Source of the DNA: Chara braunii
Lineage: Eukaryota > Plantae > Charophyceae
NCBI GenBank assembly: GCA_003427395.1
Contig: BFEA01000028.1
Location: 1,249,521 to 1,313,520, forward strand
Direction: 5' to 3'
DNA: 64,000 nt
Below are positions 23,699 through 36,303 of the stretch, in pieces. Each line of letters starts with the position of its first letter. Within the stretch, counting starts at the first letter, position 1. A model generated the notes under the pieces. It was not told the origin of the DNA. It searched no databases and saw only the letters and a program-made list of their open reading frames with translations. A program made the position numbers and the translations under genes.

Positions 23699-24324
23699 CC
23701 CCCCCAAAAAAAACACATGCAAGTGGCATTCAGGAGGTCTTAGGTTCAATCCCCAGCGGCCTCATGTACCTTCCTGGGCAAGCTTGGTGCCTGCCACCTA
23801 GAGATAGGCCGTTTGTCCTCCGGAGCGGCATTGAGCAGAGTCTGCTGATGTTCGTAGGGGGACGGGACCGGAGGGGAGGCACAGCAACTGGCCCATTGAA
23901 GAAGCTCGGTCCTGATGCTACCGGCTGACCCCTGGCCGGTATCATCCACCTGCAGGTAGGGCGCAGCCCCCCGATGTTCCCTCGTTGGAGGCTTGAACTC
24001 GGGCTGGCTGCTACAGGGTTCCCCGTAATACTATAATGATAAATAAAAAGGGCCTGGAAGGCCATCCTGTCCAGATTTGACAGGCAATTGAATTGGTTGG
24101 GCCTCCTGATTTTGCCAATTACAAACTTCCAACCGGGTAGTACCTGTTTTTTTTGCAGTTTCGAACTGCTCTGGGCCCAAACTTGCAGTCCACTGTTATT
24201 CCTGCGAAATGGAGACTCCACAACCGCACCTGGGCGTAGTTATTTCAAAAAAGTATCTGCAAAACAGACCCAACAGCATCCGTTTTTTTTGAAAGGGCAA
24301 CGGCCTTCTGATTATGTTGTTAAT

Positions 24325-24392
24325 CTGACTGTATGTGGAATCGAACTTGGGTCTCTATATCAACAGTTCGTGTGTGTACCAACGGAGCTAGG
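24325..24392 (-). mobile_element. tRNA-derived pseudogene or SINE head
   Basis: Minus strand A-box-like TAGCTCCGTTGG and B-box GTTCGATTCC at tRNA-like spacing; stems degenerate. Confidence 0.55.
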
Positions 24393-24537
24393 CCCGTTGG
24401 TACAGCCTCGGTTTGGGCAATCGCTGCAGCATGTGTGTAACTGAGAGTCAATACATTGTACCTGTTCCTGGTGGCTGGAAGGTACACACATAGAACCGTT
24501 GATAAACGGATGCAGTGTGCAAACCCTGTTCAATAAA

Positions 24538-24950
24538 CAGCAGCAGCATCACTCACAATGGAACAGAGAGAGTGACAACAGCATTTACTGCAGCAGCAGC
24601 AGCATCACTCACAGTGAAACAGAGAGCAGTGACAACTGCATTTACTATTTACTGCAGCAGCAGCANAGTGACAACAGCATTTACTGCAGCAGCAGCAGCA
24701 TCACTCACAGTGAAACAGAGAGCAGTGACAACTGCATTTACTATTTACTGCAGCAGCAGCAGCATCACTCACAGTGAAACAGAGAGCAGTGACAACAGCA
24801 TTTACTGCAGCAGCAGCAGCAGCAGCAGCACTGACAGTGAAACAGAGAGCAGTGACAACAGCATTTACTGCAGCAGCAGCTGCATCACTCACAGTGAAAC
24901 AGAGAGTAGTGACAACTGCATTTACTATTTACTGCAGCAGCAGCAGCAGT
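24538..24950. repeat. ~55-62-bp minisatellite containing CAG runs
   Basis: (CAG)nCATCACTCACAGTGAAACAGAGAGCAGTGACAAC(A/T)GCATTTACT units, about 7 copies. Confidence 0.93.
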
Positions 24951-25419
24951 CACCGCAAAAGCACCAGTAGACACAGCTGCAGAATCAGCTCCTCGATCAC
25001 GACGAAGCGTCGGGCATTGAATTTTACTTCGCAGAGCATACGTCAATCTATTTGTAACATTGAAAAAAAAAGTTGGGTTGGGTTCCGGGCCGCCCGGCGG
25101 ACCGGCGGGGGCCCAGGTGGGGTCCTGGGCGGCCTGGCCGGGCAGTGCACCTGGTCGGTCCCCGGCCCCCCCCAGCGCACAGGGCATTTCGGGGTTTTCA
25201 GACCCCATTTCGAACGGTGGTGGGCTCCCGCAGGCCTACCGGGTCCGACCCGCCCGAAAACCCGTGACATCGGGCCCGATAGGCCTGCGGGAGTGGTTTT
25301 GAAAATTGCGGCGGGTCTGTGGCCGTCGATCCGCCTTGATCGACGGCCACAGAGCCGTCGCAAGTTTCCCTCCCAGATTTGATTGGCGGCGATCTTATCC
25401 GCAGACCGTCTGTGGGTGT

Positions 25420-26634
25420 TCGCTGGAGCTGCCCCCTTCGACCCGCAGCCTTTCGAAGTTGCGCCGCCCGTTGCTGTCCGCTGGAGCTGCCCCCTTCGCC
25501 CGTCATTCATCGTCGCCGTTCGCAGGAGCTCGTCTTCCTCGCCCGCTGCCCGTCGTCGTCGTCAGCTGGAGCTGGTCATCGTCGCCCGTCGCCGTTTGCA
25601 GGAGCTGCCCCCTTCGCCCGTCGCCGTTCGCAGGAGCTGCCGCCATTCTTCTTCTTCTTCTTCTGCTTGTGTACCGTGGGCGTTGGTTAGGTCGCGCGAG
25701 ACTCGGAAGGTAAGAAAAACAGAAGGGAGGCCGTCAGGCACGTCGAGCCTTCCCCTCGTCTTCTTCTTCTTCTTCTTCTTCTTCCCGGACAATCTTTCTT
25801 CTTCTTCTTCGTCTTCCCCTTTGTCCCCCCATCCTCTTCTTCTTCTTCTTCTTCTTCTTCTTCTTCTTCTATCAGTTGACCTTCGGCAGGTGACGGCGAT
25901 CTTCATCTTCTTAGGCCTTTTGGCTGTTTGGGGCAGGGCACATCTTCAACGACCTTAGGCAGTTGTCGCAAACGGCGAACGGAAAAAAAAAAGGCCGTCC
26001 TCCTCCCCCTCCTCCCCCTCCTCCGCTCCTCTTCTCTTCTTCTTCTTCCTCTTCTTCTTCCTTTTCTTCTTCTTCTTCTTCTTCTTCTTCTTCTTCTTCT
26101 TCTTCTTCTTCTTCCTCCTCCTTCCTCCTTCTTCTTCTTCCTTCTTCTTCTTCCTCCTTCTTTCTCCTCCTTCATTTGTCAATCAATCAATCTTTTCCCC
26201 CCCCTCTTCATTCGTCAATCAATCTTCGCCCTCCTTCTGCCTCCTTCCTCTTCCTCCTCCTTCCTCCTTCTTCTTCATTCTTCTTCTTCCTTCTTCTTCT
26301 TCCTCCTTCATTATCATCCTCCTTCCTCCTCCTTCTACTTCCTCCTTCTTCTTCCTTCTTCCATCACATCTTGCCATCCATCCATCCCATCTCGCCATCC
26401 ATCCCTTCTTCCTCCTCCTCCTTCCTTCTTCTTCTTCCTCCTCCCTCCTCCTTCTTCCTCCTCCTTCCTCCTCCTTCTTCCTCCTTCTTCCTCCTTCTTC
26501 TTCCTCCTTCTTCTTCCTCCTTCTTCTTCCTCCTTCTTCCTCCTGTCTCTTCCATCGCATCTCGCCATCCATCCCACCATCCCATCTCGCCATCCATCCC
26601 ACCATCCCATCTCGCCACCCATCCCACCATCCCA
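25420..26634. repeat. GC-rich short repeats, then a (CTT/CCT)n low-complexity tract and ~26-bp CCATCCCATCTCGCCATCCATCCCA repeats, up to an N gap
   Basis: Direct reading; gap at 26635-27024. Confidence 0.9.
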
Positions 26635-27561
26635 NNNNNNNNNNNNNNNNNNNNNNNNNNNNNNNNNNNNNNNNNNNNNNNNNNNNNNNNNNNNNNNNNN
26701 NNNNNNNNNNNNNNNNNNNNNNNNNNNNNNNNNNNNNNNNNNNNNNNNNNNNNNNNNNNNNNNNNNNNNNNNNNNNNNNNNNNNNNNNNNNNNNNNNNNN
26801 NNNNNNNNNNNNNNNNNNNNNNNNNNNNNNNNNNNNNNNNNNNNNNNNNNNNNNNNNNNNNNNNNNNNNNNNNNNNNNNNNNNNNNNNNNNNNNNNNNNN
26901 NNNNNNNNNNNNNNNNNNNNNNNNNNNNNNNNNNNNNNNNNNNNNNNNNNNNNNNNNNNNNNNNNNNNNNNNNNNNNNNNNNNNNNNNNNNNNNNNNNNN
27001 NNNNNNNNNNNNNNNNNNNNNNNNCAACCCCACCGCCCCCCCCAAACCCAAAATTTTATTGCAGATTCGGGGTCCTCTCGCCGAGCGCGGAAAGACCCCG
27101 CCTTCAGAAAAGAAAAGAAAAAAATTATCGGGTGTTTTTCGGTGCGCCCGGTTTGCCCGGGCGGCCCCCCCCGGGCACGCCCGGCCGGCGCCGTCCTCAC
27201 GCAGAAAAAAGAAAAAAAAAAAGACTTGTCATCGTGTATTCAATAGCAAGTGTGCCATCGTGAAGCAGTTTTTGCCAGCCTTCCTTTTTCCAGTGGGAGG
27301 GAGATGCAGAGTTGCCAGCCGTTCAGACTTCACAGAACTACAAACTTCTGGGTGGTGGAAATCAAACTGAGGATTCGTTGTCTTTCTCTTTCATTGAAAT
27401 ACCAAAGCACAAGGGTAAGGAAAAAGAATGTGCGACTGCCGTGATAGATACATCATACATTGCACAAGAAAAAGAACATTTTTTTGTCAGTTGGACCATA
27501 TCTTAATACTATGTCCATGTCCTCAGCACATCCCAGTTATCACGATGGACTTCATGTCGAC

Positions 27562-27624
27562 GACTTTTGGCTAAGACCAAGTGTAGGTTCCGTTGGATAT
27601 GCTCCGATCAGTTTAATATCTGAT
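27562..27624 (+). pseudogene. U2: U2 snRNA 5' fragment
   Basis: CTTTTGGCTAAGACCAAGTGTAG...ATCAGTTTAATATCTGAT matches U2 stem I, the branch-point-binding region and stem IIa, with an altered, lengthened middle. Confidence 0.75.
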
Positions 27625-27830
27625 CAGAAGCACTAAGAGCATACTTACTCACACTCGGCCCTCAAACTTGCAAAATCACAGAATAACCGGCCAGATCGAG
27701 TCCTTGTAAAGGAAGGACTATATCTGGCCGGTCATTTGGGATTTTGGGATTTTGGGATTTTGAGGGCCTAGTGTGAGTGTGCCCTAAGAAGAAAGTTAAA
27801 AAAAAAAGAGTTGATTTCAATGATTTCAAT

Positions 27831-27908
27831 TGATTTGTACATTTCATCCTTGTGCAGGTGCCATGCTAATTTTTTCGGCACCTTTCAGATCTTACAGGGT
27901 ATCCCGAG
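27831..27908 (-). pseudogene. U6: Degenerate U6 copy
   Basis: Plus strand TCATCCTTGTGCAGGTGCCATGCTAAT is the reverse complement of the U6 ISL region. Confidence 0.7.
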
Positions 27909-28148
27909 CCTGTGTCTCGCTTGAGGAGATTCATTTCAAGCATCCACGGGTCCCTGCCATCCGATATCAAAATCTCACGGCCGAAGTGTGACCAGGTTGA
28001 AAAACACTCGAAGCAAAAACAGACACGCAAAACAACGCAGTGCGTGCGAACACATGAGACGCGATGGGGCCTCGCCACACCATTCTTGAAACGATGAAAG
28101 GTTTCAAGAGCTGTCAGGCGTTTTCAAGAGTTGCACTTTCAAGAGGTT

Positions 28149-29129
28149 GGGCCTCGCTGCACTACTCTTGAATCTTGAGAAATCAAGAGTTCATCACCGC
28201 TGCACTGACTCTTGATGCCGCGTCCTGAATCTTCATTCAATAGCTGTCAGATTAGCTCTCGAAGACGTCGAGAGAGAGTCATCGCTGCACTAACTGTGGA
28301 AAACTGCTCTTGGTCCTGCGCTTCAAGGGGTGTCAGAAACGGCCCATCAGACGAGGGTCCTCGCTGCACTACTCTTGAATCTTGAGAAATCAAGAGTTCG
28401 TCACGGCTGCACTAACTCTTGATGCCGCATCCTGAATTTCCATTCAAGCGCTGTCAGATTCACTCTCAAAAAGGTCGAGAGTGAGTCATCGCTGCACTAA
28501 CTGTGGAAAAGTGCTCTTGGTTCGGGGCTTCAAGAGGTGTCAGAAACGGCCCATCTGACGAGCTCTTGAAGTTTCCACAGTTCCTGCCTGCAGGGGCGTT
28601 TTTTCCAAACGAGGCCGACCAGTCCCTTCGTGCGGTTTGCAAATTCGAGAGTTGGCCTCCAGTCTCGGTGGACAAATCATCGCTGCCCTGTCGTGTAGTG
28701 CCTGTCCGACAGTCAAGAATGCTCACAAGAGTCAAGAGTCCAGAGTAAGTGCAGCGACGACAGCACTTGATGCCAATCCAGGAGTCTGACAGCACTATAC
28801 GTACTCTTGAAATTTTTCGTGTGTCTAGCGTAGTGCAGTGAGGCCCGAGCTCTTGAAGTTTCCACAGTTCCAGCCTGCAGGGGCGTTTTTTTCAAATGAG
28901 GCCGACGGGTCCCTTCGTGCGGTTCGCAAATTCGAGAGTTGGCCTCCAGTCTCGGTGGACAAATCGTCGCTGCCCTGTCGTGGAGTGTCTGTTGGACAGT
29001 CAAGAATGCTCAAGAGAGTCGAGAGTCCGGAGTAAGTACACGACAGCACTTGATGCCAATCCAGGAGTCTGACAGCACTAGACGTACTCCTGAAATTTTT
29101 CATGTGTCTAGCGTAGTGCAGCGAGGCCC
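28149..29129. mobile_element. PIF/Harbinger-like non-autonomous element with internal duplications, nested in a related element (~28068-29460)
   Basis: Perfect 17-bp TIR GGGCCTCGCTGCACTAC and 3-bp TSD GTT; internal repeats 28151/28358 and 28561/28848. Confidence 0.75.
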
Positions 29130-30816
29130 GTTTTTGGCCCTTGGCCACACAGCACTCTTGAAAGTGCAACTCCCGTTGATACGTTGCATAAAAGCCACAA
29201 ATATGTTTTTGTTTTTTGTTCAGTATTGTGCCCGTCACGCTGGCACCTCTTGAAAATGGAGGGCTCTTCCACTGCTCAGCCGAGCACGCTTGAAATCTGA
29301 AGTTTTGCAGGCTGGATTCAGGGACTTCAAGAGCAACTCTTGAAACCCATTTCTGACAGCTCTTGAGGGAATCTTTGGGCTAACACCTTCAAGAGGCTGT
29401 GTGGTGGTGCAGAGACTCTTGAAAGTTTTGTTTTCAAGAAGGGTGTCACGGTGGCGAGGCTTGTGGGCAGCAAAGCATGAAACGAAGCTGGTAGAGAGGG
29501 CGACCACATGGGAAGTGGGCGAGGCGGGAGTCTTCAGCATGAGGTAGCAGATGTAGATGTGACGGCGTGTTAGGAGGATGGGGCAGGATATGGGAGAAGG
29601 ACTTCTTGGTGGAAGGGTGGAAGATTGTGATGGAGTGATGGAGCGATGGTTCCCTGATATGCTTCCGGAGGAGCCGCCCGGCAGGACCATTGTTCTTCTC
29701 AAGCTGGCGCATGCTGCTTATCGGTGATCTTCGCTGTTTCGGATCGGGGTGCAACATTTGTGACGAAGGCATTCTCTCTACTCTCTCATGACTGCTTGCG
29801 AGGGGCTGCTGGCAGGCTCAGCAGTTTTGGCTTGCAACATGGTTTCGTTCGATCGCCGGAGACGGTGATTTTTATGCCATGGTTGCAAATTGATGTTTAG
29901 TTTCTATAGCTCCTTGTAAAAATCCATTCCCAATTCTTAAGTTTTAAGTTTTAATTGAAATTAATTCCCATGATCCATAAAACCTGATTTCTAAATCTCA
30001 TTTGCGATGATTTGCCTAAATTTGTGTTTCTTAATTTTTTAGTCCAAGAGCCTCTTCGTAATAGTGTTCACATATTGAACATTAATCCTTACATCTTGAT
30101 TTCAAGATCTCACGTGCCTGATTTCAGCCCAAATATGTGATGCTTAAATGCCTATTCCTGACCCTTGAGTCCGAAATTCCTGTTAGCTGAATTTTTTCCC
30201 TATAGAGCTACAAATTAGTGTTTTGCAATTACTTCGTAATTTGGATGTTAAATTTCCCGGATTCGTGCCGGTCGTGGACAGCACACCTAGACTTGGATCG
30301 TGGGGGGCATTTTTCTCCAGCTTACCCTTTTGTGTTGGGGTCGGACAGGCAGGGACGAGTGCCGTTTGGTCAAGTGGGGGGTAAGAAGATGGCTGGATGC
30401 GACGGGTCCTGATGGAGCTAGCCAGTAGGATGGGAATAGTGCACAGCAGCAACTGCGATGGTGGCTCCACTGTAGTAGGTCTTACCGGTCTAGGGTTAAG
30501 TGGGAGGGATGAGTGGTCCTGGCATGCTGTGCGTGATCAGTGCTGATAGGAGCTGGAGAACCGGAAGTTGGTGACTTCGCTGGTGTTTGGCAGGTCACCC
30601 TTTGCCATGCTGAGGCTGTCACGCTCATAGGCTCACGGACGGCCCATGCCAGAACGATGCTGGCTGGCACTGGGGTTTGGTCGTGCTGCCCTGTAACTCG
30701 AGCTACCAGTAGGCAGGGGCATGAGGCCTGGTAGAGAGGTGTGGGGAACTGTCGAGGGCGCAAGGCATTCCAAAAGTTATCTGTGAGCTTTTACTACCAG
30801 TAGGACTACGCTGGCT

Positions 30817-33477
30817 TGTGATAAGCTCAGATCCGTACCGCGCGGCTTGCCGTATCCTTGAGGAAAAACCCCGCGGAAGCCCCGAAGTACGGACGCAGAT
30901 AAAAAGGGGGGTTTCCTTCTTTTTGCTTTTGTTTTCTTTTTGAAACGGCCTTTTTCATTTTGTTTGGTTAATAACTCCCGCGGGCGAATAGCGGCCGCAG
31001 TATGAAAATCAAGAAACGGGTGCGGTTGGGATTTTTTTTTTTGAATTTTTGCGCGCACGCCCAAGCTCCGATTTCTTCGCGCGTCTCGCATCCCCGTTTC
31101 TTGCTTTGCATCCTCNCGCCATCTTCCCTTCTTGCTGCGCGCATTTTCCCCATGCAGGACTCTTCGTCTTCCCCTACGCCCAGCTTGATCCTTACCCTGT
31201 CTTCCTCCGCAAAGTGATTGGCGGTGTAGTTGGGATGCTCGGATCAATGTGGAAAGCGGGAAACCACACACCACTTGGACGAACACCCCAATCACGTAGC
31301 CATGCAATCCCGTGGGTCGAACCCTCTAACTCCCCACCTCTCTCTCCGGCCCTGCTCATCTACACCCTGCGCCGCCCGCACCTCGCGCTGTTAACCCGCC
31401 GCCTCCCGCGCTATAAATTTGCGCAACCCTCTCCTCTCTCTCTCTTTGATCTCGGCTGCAATGCTGCGCGAGCTATGCGCGAGAGTCCGCGGCGCCGAAC
31501 AGGCTCNACGAGCCCAAGGACGGGCGGAGTGACGACGTGGGGTGGACCCCGCGGTAGTCTCCGGGCGAAGCAGTTGGAGGGACTGAGCAGTGGTGGGGAT
31601 TGGACGCCGGCCACGGCAGGGCCTTGTGGCTGTGGTGGTCGGTGGTCTTGGGGAATTTTTGAAGGCCGCGCCTGGGGTTCGAACCCTCTAACTCCCCACC
31701 TCTCTCTCCGGTCCTGCTCATCTACACCCTGCGCCGCCCGCACCTCGCGCTGTTAACCCGCCGCCTCCCGTGCTATAAATTTGCGCAACCCTCTCCTCTC
31801 TCTCTCTTTGATCTCGGTTGCAATGCTGCGCGAGCTATGCGCGAGAGTCCGCGGCGCCGAACAGGCTCGACGAGCCCAAGGACGGGCGGAGTGATGACGT
31901 GGGGTGGACCCGGCGGTAGTCTCCGGGCGAAGCAGTCGAAGGGACTGAGCAGTGGTGGGGATTGGACGCCGGCCGCGGCAGGGCCTTGTGGCTATGGTGG
32001 TCGGTGGTCTTGGGGAATTTTTAAAGGCCGCGCCTGGGGGCGACAGTTAATTGAAATTTTTGTGTACGAGAAGGACTCACTTTTATCTCCATTGCTGCTT
32101 CGTCTATGTATGTCGTGTACTTGAGGCCCCGAGTGATGGGAGCTGGTTTTGCGCATGAGTGATGTCGAAGGTCCATGGATGATTAGATGTCATGTCAAGT
32201 GTTGTTGAATGCATGCGTGTATGTGTGTATGTACCTGTCCGGGTGGGGATGGGGAAACTCAAGTGGGGGACCGTCTGCTTAGGAGTACGAGTGTGTTGAT
32301 CCGGTTGTTCCCCTCCCCTCCGCGGTCTTTCCTGCGCTCTCGCACGGTCTCGGCGTAATTCACTCTCACTCTCTCTCTCCCTCCTTCCCTTCCTCGATCG
32401 CCTTCCTCGGAACTGACAGTCATCGCTTTTAGAGCTTATCGTCCTCGCACCGGTGACGTCAACCGCCTGCGTCCGCGCGGACGGTCGACGCCCCCGCCAA
32501 GGGGAGAAAGCTTAGCTTTTGTCATCTTCCCCTACACACCCCCCTTTTTTTTTAGAGAGAAAAGTTGCGACGATTGTTGTATGGATTCGGTGTTGGATCG
32601 GATGAGCGGGAACACGGGATCTTGCCCGTGTTCATCACATACCTCCGATCGTCTCATTTCGCTACCGGCCTTCCCCATCACAGATGATGACAGCGTCTAC
32701 TGTGATGCAGACGTACGGCGCGCGCTGAGGCGGACGGAGCAAGTGTGTTGGCAAGACCCGCCGCGGGCCTGTGAGATAAGGGGGAGCGGGTTTGTGTTGA
32801 TTGATCGCTTTGATTCCCCGGCTCTGATATTGCCTTACACGGGTTTAACGGTGTTGCCCTGGTCGGCCGCTCACGACGCGTGGCGACCGCAGTTTGATTG
32901 TCGCTGGTGTCGCCAGGGGGACTCGTGTTCGTGGCGACGGCTGGTCCTGGGGTACGAGGCCGCAATTTCGAATTCAGATGCCGGCGAGTCCTCCCGCCGC
33001 TTTACCCTCCCGGAAACTTTCGCGCAAACTCTGTGAGTCTGACGCCGAGGCCTGAAGGCCTCGAACCACCCACCTCCACAATAAAGACCCGAGGGGTCAG
33101 ACACTTTGTGAAGTCGATGATGAGGCCTGAAGGCTTCGAACCCCTCACCTATCCCCCAAACCCCTGACGATCGAAGTTTTGTCTTCCGCCGCCATGGCCC
33201 CCCTCCCCTCGATGCCTTTCTCCGTCCCGATGCATGGCGACAATTCATTTTTGCAGACACCTTTTTGATTTTGTCGTTTCGGAGTGATTCGACCCCCACA
33301 CGACTCCGCGGCGGCAGTCCGACTCCGAGAAAAACCTCGGCCACGAAACGAGAGCCTCCCGTTCCGTCCGGGAGACTCAACCCTTACGGCCAAAAATCCT
33401 CGGCCACGCCCCTCCAAGAACTCTGATTGGCGACCCCGTACGGGAAGCTGCAAGGGGGCGTGAGGTTGCGTATCACA
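30817..33477 (+). mobile_element. Solo LTR, 2661 bp
   Basis: TGTGATA...TATCACA ends with 4-bp TSD GGCT; the interrupted host repeat resumes on the other side; CTATAAAT followed by a CT tract suggests plus orientation. Confidence 0.88.
31314..32038 (+). repeat. ~361-bp tandem duplication containing a TATA-like box
   Basis: 31314-31675 is near-identical to 31676-32038; CTATAAAT at 31411 and ~31773. Confidence 0.92.
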
Positions 33478-34399
33478 GGCTGGAGCTGGGGCGGGTCATG
33501 CTGCCCTGTAGCATAATAGGTTGGGGGTGCAAGGCCTATTAGAGTCCTGGTAACGAGTACACCAGGGTCCAGGCACGTTGTGGTCCGGTCTGTTGAATTG
33601 TACCTAGGTAGGTGGGTTTCTGGTTCTTTAGATTCCTAACGACTTCAATGATGCCCAGCCTTTTCTCATGTTCTAAGGATACTTCAGGATTTCAAGGGTG
33701 TCTATCAGCTCATTTGAAGCCCGTTACGTTCAGAGACCTGTCACCTGTCATTGTCCAATGCCCGAACGAGGCTGCCAAGTGATGCGGCATTGTCTTGTAA
33801 CCTGCTGATTGGTAGGGGCATGAGGCCTGGTGGAGAGGTCTGGGGATGCTGTGGGGCGTGCGTTCCAAGGGGCAATGCTGGTCAGAGTTGGGGCGAGTAG
33901 AGTTGCCCAGTGACCTGGCAGGGTGGGGGTATGAGGCCTGGATGAGCCTGGCACGGAACCAGATTGCTTTGGTGGGTTTCAGTTTGATCTGCAAGGTAAT
34001 ATTTGGGGTTCTGGTTAGCCTAGTGACTCCTGTTGGTTTCTAACAATAATCTCAGATGATTCCTAGTTGGATTTCATGAACTTTCTTTTCTTTTCTTTTT
34101 CCCCTCAAAATTCAATCCCAATTACTCAAGGACATTCAGAGGCGGGGGTCCTCTACATTACTTTCGGTTCAAAACAGATATCTGGAAGCATCATCCAGCT
34201 TAGCTTACAGGCTGAAAGCCTGCAAGTCTCTCCTACAGACCCAACAGCTCGTTGGCTGCGGAGTTCCTAGAACTACAACCTACTTTTTCTATTTCCTACA
34301 AAGGGTACCATTTTCTTGTACAGCTAACAAAATCCTATTGAGAGACTACTTGAGAAAATTTGAAAAAAGAGGCCTATTTCCACCTGACTACCCTGTTAA

Positions 34400-36303
34400 C
34401 CAAAAACACAGTACACCTAGAGAATGAGCCTCCAACCTTAACAAAACCTGTAACCAACCAGTACTGAGACTATTGTCACCGCTGCTAAAACTAACCCTAC
34501 CTCCCTTTTCCTGCTGATGTACAGTCGCCTCTTTGAACCGAAGCCTAACGGTCCGGGAAGTACCTCCAGGAGGCTACAACTACTATTAAATTATCATATT
34601 TGTGCTTAACCAGTCCCTACTGTCTGGATTGTGGACCTAACATGGTCCAGGCTCTATGTAACGCTCCCTCCAGCCCCTCTTACCTTCCAACTTCTGCCTT
34701 CCTACTGTGGAATTGAGGACTGAGCGTTCAGGTCGTTTCCGCCTAGCTACCCTGTTAACCAAAACCCGTCCCATGAGCACTGCTAAATCTAACTCTGCCT
34801 CACTTTCTACCTACTGACGTACAGTCGCCTTCTTTGAATCGAAACCTATAACGGTCCAGGGAGTACATCCAGGAGGGTACAACTACCATTGAGCTACCGT
34901 GTTTGAGCTTATTCAGTCTCTATCGTCGGGACTGTGGATGTAGAATGGTCCAGACTTTATGTAGCGCTCCCTCCTGCCCCTCTTGCCTTCCAACTTCTGC
35001 CATCCTACTGTGGATTTAAAGACCGAGCGTTCAGGTCGTTCCGAGGCCACAGATAGCCACTTCGAAATCTGCAGCCTGCCCTCTACTATCGACGCTAAGT
35101 GCTTATTTATGGCCCAATTTCCTTGGAGACATCGCATTCCGCTGCATTTATTGCTGGCTTTGGCTACCTTCCTGGACCAGTCGCCCTTGATTGCAAGTAC
35201 AATATAGTGCTTTACCTTTGCCTTAATGGCCTGATCCGTCAGGAATTTCTTCTGAAAAAACACAGTGTTCCGTTCCTCCCAGATGATCCAAAATATGACA
35301 GCTCGGATGGCCACAGCTACATAGCCTCAATCTTTGCTGCCCTGGTATTGGAGCATAACGGCTCCGAATAGTATCCAGTTCTCATCCCAGACATAACTAT
35401 TCCCACATATCATGTTCCAATGATCAATCCACCATACCCACACTCTTCGGGACAGAGGGCAAGCAAGCCAGAGATGCATAGTGGACTCGAATGGCCATTT
35501 GCATATCTTGCATGTAAGCTCAATGTTCATTCCTCTACTGCTCAGCCATGGGGCTGAGGGTCTTACCATCATGGATAACATCCACAAAGGAGTTGCCTTT
35601 CGCTGTGATGGTATACCTAGTAAGTTTTCCCATGAGATAACCATTAATCTTGAGATTACCGTTGGGCCATTTACATATCTTGCATGTAAGCTCAATGTTC
35701 ATTCCTCTACTGCTCAGCCATACGGCTGAGGGTGTCACCATCATGGATAACATCCACAAAGGAGCTGCCTTTCGCTGTGATGGTATATCTAGTAGTTTTC
35801 TCATGAGATAACCATTAATCTAGAGATTACCGTGGCGTCCATGCTTGCGGTCCTGATCTTTGCGTAGCTACTACCACTGGAGGATTCGATTTTTGTAGAT
35901 GGGTATATCCACACCTTGAGTTGTAATCCGAGAGCCATCTTTCTGGATTTGGCCACCTCCGCATCGCAGCATCCAACTTAAGATTTTTAATAGGTGTTCC
36001 TTTCGCCCATAGTGTGCAGGGCCAATACCCGTCCTCCGTACAGTGTTCCTTGACTCTTACTTGCAAGATGAGCCCCATTGGATTTGCTATTGTTGCATCC
36101 TCTTGTTCTACCAGGGCTAGTTGTTGACCCTCTAAAATTTCACACTCCTGGAATTTCCTGAGTCCGTCCATATTGATTGCTGTGAGTTTGAAGAAGGATT
36201 CTCCATCTACAGGTGAGTCTTCTTTGTACCATGTACCAAGCGCATTTGTTTTTTTTGTGCTCGGCAGTGAGGTCCAGTCTGTAGGGATGACCCTTAGCAG
36301 CAT
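34400..36303 (-). mobile_element. 5'-truncated L1-clade LINE 3' end (zf-RVT region and duplicated 3' UTR)
   Basis: LTCKICKWPFESTMHLWLACP and FWIIWEERN motifs; ~174-bp tandem duplication at 35502-35830; 34480-34742 repeated at 34780-35042. Confidence 0.85.

Larger units (their letters stand above)
23051..24240. mobile_element. Foldback/TIR element with ~95-bp imperfect inverted ends and nested inserts
   Basis: 23051-23147 is the inverse of 24144-24240 (TTCGCAG.AATAACAGT..ACTGCAA...GGGCCCA.AGCA.TT.GAAACTGCAAAAAAAACAG). Confidence 0.7.
30180..34110 (+). repeat. Dispersed repeat family (retroposon-like), split here by the solo LTR
   Basis: GGGGCATGAGGCCTGGT.GAGAG.T.TGGGGA...GC.TTCCAA at ~30716 and ~33815; recurs at ~45133 and inverted at ~38745. 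Confidence 0.6.

Noticed and set aside
25928-27370. 480-aa and 427-aa ORFs
   Set aside because: CTT/CCT low complexity plus an N gap.
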